Assembly: GCA_902540805.1 (NCBI GenBank)
Contig: CACBON010000002.1
Span: 27,322 to 91,321, forward strand
Source: an uncultured Alphaproteobacteria bacterium
GTDB lineage: Bacteria; Pseudomonadota; Alphaproteobacteria; Methylaequorales; Methylaequoraceae
Direction of reading: 5' to 3'
DNA length: 64,000 nt
Position 1 is the stretch's first letter. Each line of letters starts with the position of its first letter. Shown here piece by piece: positions 43,639 through 54,367 of this stretch. Position numbers and translations under genes: made by a program. The notes under the pieces were generated by a model, which worked only from the letters and a program-made list of their open reading frames with translations, was not told the origin of the DNA and did not search any database.

Positions 43639-44352
43639 CTATGTGATTCCTTTTATAAATTTAATCATAGAACTATTTTTTGATTGATTGATTTTTCTTG
43701 CTTTTCCGTACCATTCAATAATTCCGTTTTTTAAAAAAGCAACATAATCAGCAAACTCATATACACTTTCCATGTCGTGTGTAACTGTTATCGTAGTTAT
43801 CTTTTTTTTTCTGACTAAATTTTTAATAAGTAAGTTTATTTGTCTAGCAATGATTGGATCTAAACCAGTTGTTGGCTCGTCTAAGATAAGAACCTCAGGT
43901 TTTTTAAGAATTGCTCTGGCAAGCCCAACCCTTTTTTGCATTCCCACTGAAAGTTCGGAAGGATACTTCTCCAAGATTGATTGAGGTAGACCTACTTCAT
44001 TCAAAATTTTTTTTAAAGAATTCTTTTTATAAGCAAATTTGAGGTTTTCTCTAATATTTAAACTGTCCAGAAGAGCTGAATTCTGAAATAATATTCCAAA
44101 TTTTGACATATAATTCATTTTTTCTTTATCACTTAGAGTGTTAATATTATTTAGTTTTCCAAAATCAATCGATCCGTCATCATATTTTAGCAAGCCAACT
44201 ATGCATCTTGTAAGAATTGACTTACCCGAACCTGACTCTCCTATAATTGAAAGAGATTCAGATTCATAAACGTCGAGATTAAGTTTATTTAACACAACCT
44301 TATTTTTAAAACTTTTACTAACATTTTTAACGATTATTTTTTTTTTTCTCAT
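43639..44352 (-). CDS. mlaF: ABC ATPase, MlaF-like
   Basis: GESGSGKS, PSELSVGMQKRVGLARA, DEPTTGLDP, VTHD. Confidence 0.85.
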   Translation of the reverse strand: MRKKKIIVKNVSKSFKNKVVLNKLNLDVYESESLSIIGESGSGKSILTRCIVGLLKYDDGSIDFGKLNNINTLSDKEKMNYMSKFGILFQNSALLDSLNIRENLKFAYKKNSLKKILNEVGLPQSILEKYPSELSVGMQKRVGLARAILKKPEVLILDEPTTGLDPIIARQINLLIKNLVRKKKITTITVTHDMESVYEFADYVAFLKNGIIEWYGKARKINQSKNSSMIKFIKGIT

Positions 44353-45146
44353 AGTCTAAAAAAAAAGGAAGTGATTATATAATTCATTAGTAAAATCAAT
44401 ATAGAGGATGAAACAACTGAATATGTTGTTGATTGACCAACTCCTTGTGCACCCCCGTTTGCATTAAATCCGTGATAGCAACCCATAAAGGTTATCAAAA
44501 AACCAAAAACAGAAGCTTTAACTAAGCCACTAAAAACATCTAGGAATTGAACAAAATTGTATGTATTTTGAAGGTACACAGTAGGATTAAAGTTTAAAAG
44601 ATTTACGCAAATTAAATATCCACCCAAAACTCCGATAATGTCCCCAACTATCACAAGAATTGGGAGTGAAATAATACCTGCTAAAATTCTTGGAATGATA
44701 AGATAATTAAATGGGTTAGTTGATAGTGTTTTGAGTGCATCAATTTGCTCAGTGACTTTCATTGTTCCTATTTCAGCAGCAATAGCTGCACCTGATCGTC
44801 CTGCCACCATTAGACCAGCTAATACTGGGGCTAGTTCTCTTGTAATAGATAAAACAACAACATTGGGAATTGCACTTTCTGCAGAGAATCTTGAAAATCC
44901 AGTGTAAGACTGAAGTGCTAAAACCATACCTGTAAATATAGAAGTTAAACCTACGACTGGTAAAGAGTTAAAACCAATCTTGATAAATTGTTTAAGAAAA
45001 ATATTAAAGTAGAATTTTTCAGTGATGAAATATTTAACACATTTAAGAAAAAAGTCGACTATCTCACCGATGGAATAAAAAAAAGAGAATATAAGATTTA
45101 ACAATCTTTTTGATAAAGCTAAGGCACTGGAAAGCAATCTTGTCAT
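44349..45146 (-). CDS. mlaE: ABC permease MlaE
   Basis: RELAPVLAGLMVAGRSG, EIGTMKVTEQIDAL. Confidence 0.92.
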   Translation of the reverse strand: MTRLLSSALALSKRLLNLIFSFFYSIGEIVDFFLKCVKYFITEKFYFNIFLKQFIKIGFNSLPVVGLTSIFTGMVLALQSYTGFSRFSAESAIPNVVVLSITRELAPVLAGLMVAGRSGAAIAAEIGTMKVTEQIDALKTLSTNPFNYLIIPRILAGIISLPILVIVGDIIGVLGGYLICVNLLNFNPTVYLQNTYNFVQFLDVFSGLVKASVFGFLITFMGCYHGFNANGGAQGVGQSTTYSVVSSSILILLMNYIITSFFFRL

Positions 45147-45233
45147 TACTGCAAATATATTGTTTTTTTTAATATAAATAAATAATAATAAAATTTCCTA
45201 TTTTTTTTGTATTTCCAGGAATTTTAAAAAATT

Positions 45234-46718
45234 TTAATTAAAATTATTGTCAGCTAAATCTGAAAATTTTGTCCAACTTGGATTAAAATGTAGTTTAACT
45301 TTAGAAATTGGACCATGTCTATGTTTTGCAATTATGGCTTCAGCTATATTATGTACTTTCTCCATTTTGTTTGTCCACATTTCATGTTTGTCTGTCCCTT
45401 CAGGTGGCTCGGTTCGAGCAAGGTAGTATTCCTCTCTATATAAAAAAACAACTAAATCGGCGTCTTGTTCTATAGCACCTGATTCACGAAGATCTGCTAG
45501 CTGAGGTCTTTTTTCTTCTCTATCTTCAACTTTTCTTGATAATTGAGACAGAGCAATGACAGGTATATCAAGTTCTTTGGCAATAGCTTTAAGTCCTCTT
45601 GTAATATCGGAAATTTCCTGAACGCGATTATCATTCGTTTTTTTTGATTCTCCATTTACTAATTGAAGATAATCTAAAATAATTAAATCTAAACCTAATT
45701 TTCTTTTTAACCTTCTAGCTCTTGTTCTAATTGCTGAAATACTTAATGCTGGAGTATCATCTATAAATAAATTTAGCTTTTTTAAATCATCACTTGAAGA
45801 TAATATCTTGCTAAAATCTTGCTTTGAGAGATTACCAGTCCTGATGTTTTCTGATGAAATTTCAGCCAATTCACCTAACAGTCTTGTTGCTAGTTGCTCA
45901 GAGGACATTTCGAGAGAAAAGAAAAGAACGTTTTTTTTTTTATTATCAAACTCTTTTGATATATTAGAAGCTATATTTGTAGCAAATGCTGTCTTACCCA
46001 TTGATGGTCTTCCTGCAACAATAATTAAGTCAGACTTGTGAAGTCCTCCAATCTTCTTATCAAAATCACTTAATCCTGTTTTTAAACCTATTACATCTTC
46101 GCTCTTTTTAAAAGCTTTCTCAGCATAATCAACGGTTCTCTGCATTATTTCTTTAAAATCTTTGGGTCCACTGTCAAATTCATTATTTTGTATTAAATTA
46201 AAGAGATTTTGTTCAGTTTTTTCAATTAAGGATATTGAATTATCCTCTTCCTCAGTGTTATAAGAATTGTTTATCAAATTTGTACCAAGGTCTATCAGTC
46301 GCCTTCTCAAATATAGGTCATAAATTAATTCTCCGTACTGTTTTGAATTTATAATACTTACTGTGTTTTCACAAAGCTTTAAAAGATAAGATAGCCCTCC
46401 ATTTTCTCCAAACTCTTCATTTCCATCAAGTTGAACCTTAACTGTATTTAAATCAGCAATTTGATCATTGTTAATCAATTTTTTAATTGATTTATAAATA
46501 ATCCTATTAATTTTACTTGAAAAATACTCAGGTTCCAAGAATTCCTCTACTTTTTCATAAGCTAGGTTATTTGAAAGAATTGCTCCTAAAAGAGCTTGCT
46601 CTGCTCCGGTATTTACCGGGACTTCTCTAATAAGATTTAAATTTTTGGATGAGAGGATATTGGTTAATTTGTTACTTTCTGATGTGGACATAAAGGTATA
46701 ATAACAAATTTGTTTCAT
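45234..46718 (-). CDS. dnaB: Replicative DNA helicase
   Basis: AEQALLGAIL, AGRPSMGKT, FSLEM, DYLQL, LSQLSR, DLRESGAIEQDAD; no intein; start may be 46691. Confidence 0.97.
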   Translation of the reverse strand: MKQICYYTFMSTSESNKLTNILSSKNLNLIREVPVNTGAEQALLGAILSNNLAYEKVEEFLEPEYFSSKINRIIYKSIKKLINNDQIADLNTVKVQLDGNEEFGENGGLSYLLKLCENTVSIINSKQYGELIYDLYLRRRLIDLGTNLINNSYNTEEEDNSISLIEKTEQNLFNLIQNNEFDSGPKDFKEIMQRTVDYAEKAFKKSEDVIGLKTGLSDFDKKIGGLHKSDLIIVAGRPSMGKTAFATNIASNISKEFDNKKKNVLFFSLEMSSEQLATRLLGELAEISSENIRTGNLSKQDFSKILSSSDDLKKLNLFIDDTPALSISAIRTRARRLKRKLGLDLIILDYLQLVNGESKKTNDNRVQEISDITRGLKAIAKELDIPVIALSQLSRKVEDREEKRPQLADLRESGAIEQDADLVVFLYREEYYLARTEPPEGTDKHEMWTNKMEKVHNIAEAIIAKHRHGPISKVKLHFNPSWTKFSDLADNNFN

Positions 46719-46737
46719 TAAGCATTTATTTTTTGCC

Positions 46738-46764
46738 TGTTAATTAAGTGGATAATGAGCATAA
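46738..46764. promoter_or_regulatory. Three abutting degenerate DnaA-box-like 9-mers upstream of dnaB
   Basis: TGTTAATTA-AGTGGATAA-TGAGCATAA versus consensus TGTGGATAA. Confidence 0.4.
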
Positions 46765-46768
46765 CTTT

Positions 46769-47725
46769 TTAAAAATTAGTGAAATATAAATTTCCAAGGT
46801 ACATTAAATAAATTAAGAAACATAAAAAAGAAACCTTTCTTCCAATTCGAATTCTTTTTAAAATAAATAAAGTGAAAATAATGGCTATAAGACCCAAGAA
46901 ATAAACATCATCTAATAGAATGTTTTTGTCGTATGAGAAAGAGTTAAAAAGTGATGTAAACCCAAGAATAAGTAGTAAATTATAAATGTTTGACCCAATA
47001 ATATTTCCAATGATAATATTAGATTTACCTTTTTTAGCGGCCGTAATCGATGTCGCTATCTCTGGCAGAGAAGTTCCAAGTGCAATTATAGTCAAGCCTA
47101 TAAATGAGTCTGAAACATTAAGAATCATCGAGATAGATATGGCAGAATCGACAGTTATATCTGCACCAAAAAGAGTGATACATATAGCTAATGCAGATAT
47201 AGGTAATCCAAAAAGTAAAGGACTTTTAAATGAAATTTTTGAAAAAAAATCATTTTCTAAGATAATCTCGTCTTTGTCTTTTGCATCAGAATTTTTAAAA
47301 CTTCGAAATAAATAAAATGAAAATAAACAAATAAAGAGCAATCCATATCCTGAACTTAAAAATGCAAAAACGAAAATTAATACAAAAATAAGGTGTGTGC
47401 TAAGATGGAATGAAAGATCAAATTTTGATACTTTAATAGATTTCAATTCAGAAGTCAGTCCTGCTGCCAAGGTCACTAAAAGTATGTTGGCAATATTTGA
47501 ACCAATAACGTTGCCTACAGAAATATCGGGAGACTCTTTTAAAACTGCATCTATTGAAACTACCAGTTCGCAAAGTGATGTTCCAAAACCTACTACAATC
47601 AATCCGATAAAAAATTCTGAAATCCTCAGTTTTTTACCAACCGCAATTGCACTAGATATTAATATTTCAGCTCCTTTTACTAAAAGTATAAGTCCTGTTG
47701 TAAGTGTAAATATGCTTAACAGCAT
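46769..47725 (-). CDS. Calcium/sodium antiporter (YrbG/CaCA family)
   Basis: Two alpha repeats GTSLCE / GTSLPE and GNVIGSN / GNIIGSN. Confidence 0.9.
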   Translation of the reverse strand: MLLSIFTLTTGLILLVKGAEILISSAIAVGKKLRISEFFIGLIVVGFGTSLCELVVSIDAVLKESPDISVGNVIGSNIANILLVTLAAGLTSELKSIKVSKFDLSFHLSTHLIFVLIFVFAFLSSGYGLLFICLFSFYLFRSFKNSDAKDKDEIILENDFFSKISFKSPLLFGLPISALAICITLFGADITVDSAISISMILNVSDSFIGLTIIALGTSLPEIATSITAAKKGKSNIIIGNIIGSNIYNLLLILGFTSLFNSFSYDKNILLDDVYFLGLIAIIFTLFILKRIRIGRKVSFLCFLIYLMYLGNLYFTNF

Positions 47726-47824
47726 TTTAATATCAGATAAATTAGTTAAGATTAATCTTATTTTATATTATTTTTAAAAGGTTATAAATCTTTATCTGAC
47801 CTTTTCTTTAAAGCAATAAAAAGG

Positions 47825-48547
47825 CTAATTAGGAATATTTTTTTTTTTTTCTTTAATTGAAGAAGTTTCGATTTCTTCTACCCTTTTTAAGTCAGCGGCA
47901 TTTTCAATCTTTGTATCATGAGTAACACCATCAGAATCGTTATTAGTTCTTTTGGTTTTATCGATTTTTCCAGAGATTTTGTCTTCAGTTTGAATTTTTG
48001 ATATATTCTTATCATCTGCCTGATTGTCATCAATGGTCTTTGTTGACTCATTTGTTTTTTTAACTAGAGCATCTAAATCATTTTTTTGTTTCTTTGCGTT
48101 TTCTTCTGATGTTGCTACATTAATCTTTAGATTACAACCTACATCCGAGTGTAACTTTATATTTAAATCGTATATTCCAATTTTTTTTATAGATGAATGT
48201 AAATTAATATTTGAAGGTTTAATGCTAATCTTTTTTTCATTGAAGTAATTTGCAATATCTTTTGGTGAAACGGATCCATAGAGTTGTCCATTGTCACTAG
48301 CATTTCTAATAAAAATAATTTCTTTTTTCTCAATCTTTTTTAAAGTGAGTTTAGACTCTTCTATTATTTTTTTATTTTTTTCGAGCAAATCATTTTTTAT
48401 TTTTAAAAATTTATCTTTGTTCTCTTTATTAGCTCTTAGAGCCTTTTTTTGGGGAATTAAATAATTACGAGCAAATCCGTTCTTTACTTTAACAATATCT
48501 CCAATTTGACCTAGCCTATCGAATGATTCCAATAAAATTACTTCCAT
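47825..48547 (-). CDS. rplI: 50S ribosomal protein L9 with long C-terminal tail
   Basis: MEVILLE...VKVKNGFARNYLIP, GQLYGSV. Confidence 0.95.
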   Translation of the reverse strand: MEVILLESFDRLGQIGDIVKVKNGFARNYLIPQKKALRANKENKDKFLKIKNDLLEKNKKIIEESKLTLKKIEKKEIIFIRNASDNGQLYGSVSPKDIANYFNEKKISIKPSNINLHSSIKKIGIYDLNIKLHSDVGCNLKINVATSEENAKKQKNDLDALVKKTNESTKTIDDNQADDKNISKIQTEDKISGKIDKTKRTNNDSDGVTHDTKIENAADLKRVEEIETSSIKEKKKNIPN

Positions 48548-48549
48548 AA

Positions 48550-49494
48550 TTATCTCTTTTTATTCCTTTTTTTACTTATGTTTTCAAATAAACCAATAAA
48601 CAACAATATAAGAAGAAGAACATACCCTAAAAAAAACAAAAGTAAAAACATAATTATAAATTTTATGAAAGTATTAATTTTAATTTTTTTAAAATAATTG
48701 TTAAACGAAATATATCCCTCTAAAAGAAAACAAAATGACATGCAAATTAAAGTATTAATACTTAAAACAAAAATTTTGGAATTTGGGTTCTGTGTTAAAA
48801 CAAGAATTAGCATCATTAAATAAATAAATGAAAACCATAATGGAGTTGTAAAATCCGTTAAATTAACATTGGTTAATTGTCTTATCTCAAATTTTTTCAA
48901 AATAAATTTCGATAAAATTAGATTCAAACTGAATGTTGTAAAAAAAATCAAAGAATTAACCGATGGCAAAATTATCATTATAATTTTGATAATTCTATCC
49001 ATATCATTATCTTTCTGTATTCCGTAACTTGAAATAATTTGATCTATCGATTTTTGTATAAAAGAACGTAATTTCTCATATTCTAAATCATTAAAAAATA
49101 ATATGTAAAAGATAGCAAAAATAAATAAAAAAAAAATGAGTATTCCTGATAAAAAATTAGAACTATCAAGGTTTATTTTTTTCGAAAAATGATAAGATCC
49201 TAAAAAGGATAGTGTCACAAATGAAATTATAAAATGAAAAATAATCAGTTGTTTGGAAAAAAAATTCTCATCAAAAAAATTAAAAAAAATCAAAGTTATT
49301 AAAGCCAAAGCACATGATTTTAAAAAATCTGAATATTTGATGGCTAGTCCAATAATCAAAAAAGGTAAAGGATTAAAAATTGAATAAACTTGTGGAGAGA
49401 CTTTAAAAAATAGAAGTTGAAAGACCAATATAAAAAGTGTCGAATAAAAAATTATGAATGATCTTTGTTTTTTTGATTGTAACGAATCCATCAA
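48550..49494 (-). CDS. DUF2232/YybS-like membrane protein
   Basis: Multi-TM ORF in the conserved position between rpsR and rplI. Confidence 0.6.
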   Translation of the reverse strand: MMDSLQSKKQRSFIIFYSTLFILVFQLLFFKVSPQVYSIFNPLPFLIIGLAIKYSDFLKSCALALITLIFFNFFDENFFSKQLIIFHFIISFVTLSFLGSYHFSKKINLDSSNFLSGILIFFLFIFAIFYILFFNDLEYEKLRSFIQKSIDQIISSYGIQKDNDMDRIIKIIMIILPSVNSLIFFTTFSLNLILSKFILKKFEIRQLTNVNLTDFTTPLWFSFIYLMMLILVLTQNPNSKIFVLSINTLICMSFCFLLEGYISFNNYFKKIKINTFIKFIIMFLLLFFLGYVLLLILLFIGLFENISKKRNKKR

Positions 49495-49736
49495 CTAGAT
49501 ACATATGGAAGTAACGCTAAGTATCTTGCTCTTTTTATCGCTGCAGATAATTGTTTTTGTTTTTTTGTTGATACTTGTGTAACTCTGCTTGGTAAAATTT
49601 TTCCCTTTTCAGTTACATATTTTCTTAAAAGGTTTAAATTTTTATAATCAACAGAGGGTGCATCTTTTCCTGATAATGGACAGGTTTTTGAAAAAACTAT
49701 TTTGGATGACGTGTTGTCAAAGACTTTATTTCTCAC
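49491..49736 (-). CDS. rpsR: 30S ribosomal protein S18
   Basis: [27 protein letters not shown]. Confidence 0.97.
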   Translation of the reverse strand: MRNKVFDNTSSKIVFSKTCPLSGKDAPSVDYKNLNLLRKYVTEKGKILPSRVTQVSTKKQKQLSAAIKRARYLALLPYVSS

Positions 49737-49744
49737 GTTAACCT

Positions 49745-50071
49745 TTAACTTTCTTTACTTTCTACAAGAAGCGATGGTTCTTTTCCAACTTCTTTAATTT
49801 TAATTGTCATTAAACGCAAAAAACTCAGATCTTGTTTAACTTTAATGTTTAAAGATTCAAAAACTTTTGGGTTACATTGGCAATTAATCATGAAATAATA
49901 TCCTTTAGAATTTTTCTTTATTTTGTATGCAAGATCTCTTAAACCCCAGGCTTCCTCTTTTAAAATCTCTCCTCCAGTTTGCTTAATTTCATCTAGACAT
50001 TCTTTAAATTTGTCATCAGCAGATTTCTTTGATAATTGCCCACTGAATATAAAAACATTTTCATACAACAT
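49745..50071 (-). CDS. rpsF: 30S ribosomal protein S6
   Basis: [23 protein letters not shown]. Confidence 0.95.
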   Translation of the reverse strand: MLYENVFIFSGQLSKKSADDKFKECLDEIKQTGGEILKEEAWGLRDLAYKIKKNSKGYYFMINCQCNPKVFESLNIKVKQDLSFLRLMTIKIKEVGKEPSLLVESKES

Positions 50072-50183
50072 AATGCTACCTTATGGGTAAACTTTGTTAG
50101 TTTAGCTATTAAATAATTAATTAAATAGCAAGGTTAAATCATTGTGTATATAACAATATTATAAATTTTTAATCAACAAAAAA

Positions 50184-51146
50184 ATGCTGAATAAAATTAT
50201 TGTAGTTTTTCCTGGTCAAGGTTCTCAAATCGTTGGAATGGGAAGAGACTTATTTAAAAATCATCATATAGCTAAACAAGTTTTCGATGAAGTTGATAAT
50301 ACATTAAATCAAAAACTTTCAAAAATCATTTTCGATGGTCCTGAAAACGAACTAACTCTTACTAAAAATACTCAACCTGCTATTATGTCAGTAAGTATGG
50401 CGTTAGTAAGAGTAATCGAATATGAATCAAAAAAAAAAATTTTTGAATTTGCAGATACAATTTTGGGCCATTCATTGGGAGAATATTCAGCACTTTGTAG
50501 CTTAAATGCTCTCAGTTTAAAAGATACAACTCTGCTTTTGAAAAAAAGAGGAAAAGCTATGCAAGATTCAGTTAAAAATTTGAAAACTAAGATGGTTGCA
50601 GTAATTGGGCTAGATATTAATAAAGTTGAAAAAATTATTGAAGAAAACATTATTGATAAATCAGAAATATGTGAAATTGCAAATGATAACTGTCCTGGTC
50701 AAGTAATTTTATCTGGGACAGAGAAGGGGGTAATCTTTATGTCTAACATTCTGAAAGATAATGGTGCTAGAAGTATTATAGATCTCAAAGTAAGTGCTCC
50801 ATTTCATTGTAGTCTGATGAATAAAGCATCAGATGTGATGAAAGATTGTTTGCATGAAATTTCATTAAAGGAGTTAAAGTCTAATTTTATAAGCAATGTA
50901 ACAGCTAATTTTGAAAAAAATTCTGAAAAAATCAAAGAATTGTTAATTAAACAAGTTTCAAGTAGAGTCAGGTGGAGAGAAAGTATTATTAAATCAACAA
51001 AAAAAACAAACACTATAGTTGAAATAGGACCAGGAAAAATACTAAGTGGAATGAGTAAAAGAATTAATAGAGATTACAACTTATTTAGTGTATCAAATTT
51101 AGATGAGGTTGAAAAATTTCTGAAACAGTTTGAGGAAATTTTATGA
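50184..51146 (+). CDS. fabD: Malonyl-CoA:ACP transacylase
   Basis: FPGQGSQ, GHSLGEY, VSAPFHC. Confidence 0.97.
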   Translation: MLNKIIVVFPGQGSQIVGMGRDLFKNHHIAKQVFDEVDNTLNQKLSKIIFDGPENELTLTKNTQPAIMSVSMALVRVIEYESKKKIFEFADTILGHSLGEYSALCSLNALSLKDTTLLLKKRGKAMQDSVKNLKTKMVAVIGLDINKVEKIIEENIIDKSEICEIANDNCPGQVILSGTEKGVIFMSNILKDNGARSIIDLKVSAPFHCSLMNKASDVMKDCLHEISLKELKSNFISNVTANFEKNSEKIKELLIKQVSSRVRWRESIIKSTKKTNTIVEIGPGKILSGMSKRINRDYNLFSVSNLDEVEKFLKQFEEIL

Positions 51147-51862
51147 AAAAAATTCTTATTACAGGAGCCAACGGTGGTATTGGAGAAGCAGTTTGTAATT
51201 TGTTAGGGGATAGATACGAAATTTTTGTATTGGGTAGAAATGAATCTAAAATAAAAGAACTTTGTAAAAAATATAAGTTTATTAAGGGAAGTTTTATTTG
51301 CGACTTAAAAAACGAAAATCAAATAACTGAAATAATTAAAGAAATCAATACAAATTCTATTGATTTTGATATTTTGATAAATAATGCTGGAATTACAAAT
51401 GACGCCTTATTTTTAAGAATGGATTTAGAAAAATGGCAGAGGGTAATCGATACAAATTTAAAAGCTAATTTTTTACTTACAAATGCGTTATCAAAAATTA
51501 TGATTAAAAAAAAATGGGGACGTATTATAAATATTACGTCAGTCGTAGGTCATACTGGAAACTTTGGTCAATCAAATTATAGTGCTTCAAAAGCAGGAAT
51601 AGTAGGTATGTCAAAATCTATAGCACTAGAATTAGCAAAGAGGAACATCACTGTGAACTGTATAGCACCTGGATTCATTGAAACGTCAATGACAGCTATT
51701 CTGTCTGAATCTCAGCGAAAATCTTTAATTGAAAAAATACCGATGGGGAAAATTGGGTCACCTTTAGATGTAGCAAATTGCGTTGAATTTTTAGTATCTG
51801 AAAAATCAGAATACGTCACAGGACAAACATTTCATGTCAATGGTGGATTGGCAATGTTATAA
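51143..51862 (+). CDS. fabG: 3-oxoacyl-ACP reductase
   Basis: TGANGGIG, NNAGIT, NYSASKAG, HVNGG. Confidence 0.95.
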   Translation: MKKILITGANGGIGEAVCNLLGDRYEIFVLGRNESKIKELCKKYKFIKGSFICDLKNENQITEIIKEINTNSIDFDILINNAGITNDALFLRMDLEKWQRVIDTNLKANFLLTNALSKIMIKKKWGRIINITSVVGHTGNFGQSNYSASKAGIVGMSKSIALELAKRNITVNCIAPGFIETSMTAILSESQRKSLIEKIPMGKIGSPLDVANCVEFLVSEKSEYVTGQTFHVNGGLAML

Positions 51863-51925
51863 TATATTTGATTTAAAAAAAACATTTATTAATATATGAT
51901 TGAACTTTAATTAAAAGGGATGTTT

Positions 51926-52162
51926 ATGAGTGATATAACAGAAAGAGTTAAAAAAATAGTAGTGGAGCATTTAGGAGTTGAAAAAAATAAAGTGATCGAA
52001 AGTGCGAGTTTTGTTGATGATCTAGGAGCAGATAGCTTGGATACAGTTGAACTAGTAATGGCTTTCGAAGAAGAGTTTAATATCGAGATACCAGACGATA
52101 TAGCAGAGAAAATAACTACAATAAAAGAAGCAATAGAGCATATAGAAAATTCCCAAAACTAG
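51926..52162 (+). CDS. acpP: Acyl carrier protein
   Basis: [20 protein letters not shown]. Confidence 0.97.
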   Translation: MSDITERVKKIVVEHLGVEKNKVIESASFVDDLGADSLDTVELVMAFEEEFNIEIPDDIAEKITTIKEAIEHIENSQN

Positions 52163-52163
52163 A

Positions 52164-53423
52164 ATGAGAAGGGTGGTGGTTACAGGAATTGGAATGTGTA
52201 CTCCACTTGGGTTTGGTTACAACCACTGCTGGCAACAACTCATTTCTTCAAAATCTGGTATTAGGAAACTTTCTGGCTTTGAAATTGCTGACCTAAAATC
52301 TAAAGTTGGTGGTCAATTAATTTTAGAGGGAGACTCTTCTCTTTTTCCAGAACAAGTCATTGACCAAAAAAATAGAAAGAAGATTGAACCATTTATTGAA
52401 TACGCACTAATAGCAGCAAAAGAAGCAATTTTGGATTCTGGATGGAATCCAGCTAATGAAATTGAATCAATGAGAACGGGGGTAATGGTTGGTTCAGGTA
52501 TTGGTGGGCTCGATGGTATCAGAAAAAGTGCTGAAAACTTAAAAAATAGCCCAAGAAAAATTTCCCCCTTCTTTATTCCCTCCTGTCTTATAAATTTAGC
52601 AAGTGGACACATTTCAATTAAATATAATTTCAAAGGACCAAATCATTCAGTGGTAACTGCGTGTGCTTCCGGAGCACATGCTATAGGTGACTCATTTAGA
52701 ATAATATCTCAGGGAGATGCAGATGTTATGATTTCAGGCGGAACCGAATCAGCATGTACAAGGTTTGGTATTGCAGGATTTTGTGCAATGAGAGCTCTTT
52801 CAACAGGTTTTAATGATTTTCCTGAAAAGGCGTCAAGACCGTGGGATAAAAATAGAGACGGATTTGTACTTTCTGAGGGATCAGGAATGATTGTTCTTGA
52901 AGAACTTGAACACGCAAAAAAAAGATCTGCGAATATATATGCTGAAATTATAGGTTATGGTTTATCTGGCGATGCTTATCACCCTACAGCGCCCGCATCA
53001 GACGGGGATGGTGGGTTTAGGGCAATGAAAATGGCTTTAAAAAATGCTCATCTTGACTCTGAAGATATTGATTATATAAATGCACATGGTACATCTACTC
53101 CACTAGGTGATGAGATTGAATTTAATTCTGTAAAAAAACTATTTGTAGACAATACTGATAATTTATTAATGTCATCTACAAAATCCTCTACAGGTCATCT
53201 CCTTGGCGCATCGGGAGCCGTTGAAGCAATATTTTCCATATTATCAATCAAGGATGGTGTTGCCCCTCCAACTTTAAATCTGGAGGAATTATCGGATGGT
53301 TGCGTTGGAATTAATTTAGTCCCCAAAGAAAGTATTGATAAAGAAATAAATCATGTTTTATCCAATTCGTTTGGATTTGGAGGAACAAATGTATCTTTAA
53401 TTTTCAAAAAAATTAATAAGTGA
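52164..53423 (+). CDS. fabF: Beta-ketoacyl-ACP synthase II
   Basis: TACASG, NAHGTST, GHLLGA, SNSFGFGG. Confidence 0.97.
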   Translation: MRRVVVTGIGMCTPLGFGYNHCWQQLISSKSGIRKLSGFEIADLKSKVGGQLILEGDSSLFPEQVIDQKNRKKIEPFIEYALIAAKEAILDSGWNPANEIESMRTGVMVGSGIGGLDGIRKSAENLKNSPRKISPFFIPSCLINLASGHISIKYNFKGPNHSVVTACASGAHAIGDSFRIISQGDADVMISGGTESACTRFGIAGFCAMRALSTGFNDFPEKASRPWDKNRDGFVLSEGSGMIVLEELEHAKKRSANIYAEIIGYGLSGDAYHPTAPASDGDGGFRAMKMALKNAHLDSEDIDYINAHGTSTPLGDEIEFNSVKKLFVDNTDNLLMSSTKSSTGHLLGASGAVEAIFSILSIKDGVAPPTLNLEELSDGCVGINLVPKESIDKEINHVLSNSFGFGGTNVSLIFKKINK

Positions 53424-54367
53424 TTAAAAATCTTATTTTCCTTTTTATTATTCTCCTAAATTTGTTTTACTATACCTTCTTCAAGGAAGAAAATATTAAT
53501 GAAGTTAAAATAATAATCAAACCAGGGATGCAGCTAGACCAAATAGTACATTTACTTAAAGAAAATAGATTAATTAAAAATGAATCTATTTTTAAAACTT
53601 GGGTAATAATCAATAACTCTCAAAAGAAGTTAAAATTCGGAGAATATTATTTTAGCAAAAAAATATCTGCAAACATACTTTTAGAAAAATTAAAGAAGGG
53701 AAAATCTGTATATAGAAAACTTACAATAATTGAGGGCTCAAATAAAAGTGATTTATTTAAAATTTTAAATGAGTTGGATAAATATAAAAGTATAGAGTTT
53801 GACGATATTCCTAACTTTTTGGTGGCTGATACCTATTTTTATAAAGTTACTGACAATCCAAAAGTTATTTTAAACAACATAATAAAAAAAAGTAATGAGA
53901 TTTCTAAAAAAATTTGGAATCAGAGAGATCAGAAAATTCCCCTTAATAATATTAATGAGTTATTTATACTTGCCTCCATTGTCGAAAAAGAAACCTTTAT
54001 TAAAGAGGAAAAATCAATTATTTCAGGTGTTTTCTATAATAGATTTGAAAAAAATATGAAACTTCAATCGGATCCAACAGTCGTTTATGCGATAACTTTG
54101 GGGAAAAAAAAAATGGATAGGAAATTACTCAGAAAAGACCTCAAGATTAAATCAAAATTCAATACCTATGTTAATAAAGGGCTTCCACCAGAACCTATTT
54201 GTATACCAGGGATAGAATCTTTAGTTGCAACTTCGAGACCTTTCAAAAGCAATTTTTTATATTTTGTTTCTAAAAATAAGAAAAATGAAGGACATCTTTT
54301 CTCTGAGAAATATAAAGATCATTTGGAAAATATAAAGTCTGTGAAAAAAAAAGTTAATCATGAATGA
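53420..54367 (+). CDS. mltG: Endolytic transglycosylase MltG
   Basis: LASIVEKET, LQSDPTV.Y, NTY...GLPPEPI. Confidence 0.93.
   Translation: MIKNLIFLFIILLNLFYYTFFKEENINEVKIIIKPGMQLDQIVHLLKENRLIKNESIFKTWVIINNSQKKLKFGEYYFSKKISANILLEKLKKGKSVYRKLTIIEGSNKSDLFKILNELDKYKSIEFDDIPNFLVADTYFYKVTDNPKVILNNIIKKSNEISKKIWNQRDQKIPLNNINELFILASIVEKETFIKEEKSIISGVFYNRFEKNMKLQSDPTVVYAITLGKKKMDRKLLRKDLKIKSKFNTYVNKGLPPEPICIPGIESLVATSRPFKSNFLYFVSKNKKNEGHLFSEKYKDHLENIKSVKKKVNHE

Noticed and set aside
38570-47850. A/T homopolymers of 11-13 nt within der, mlaF and rplI as phase-variation sites
   Set aside because: Frames are intact and the runs encode poly-Lys, expected in such AT-rich DNA.
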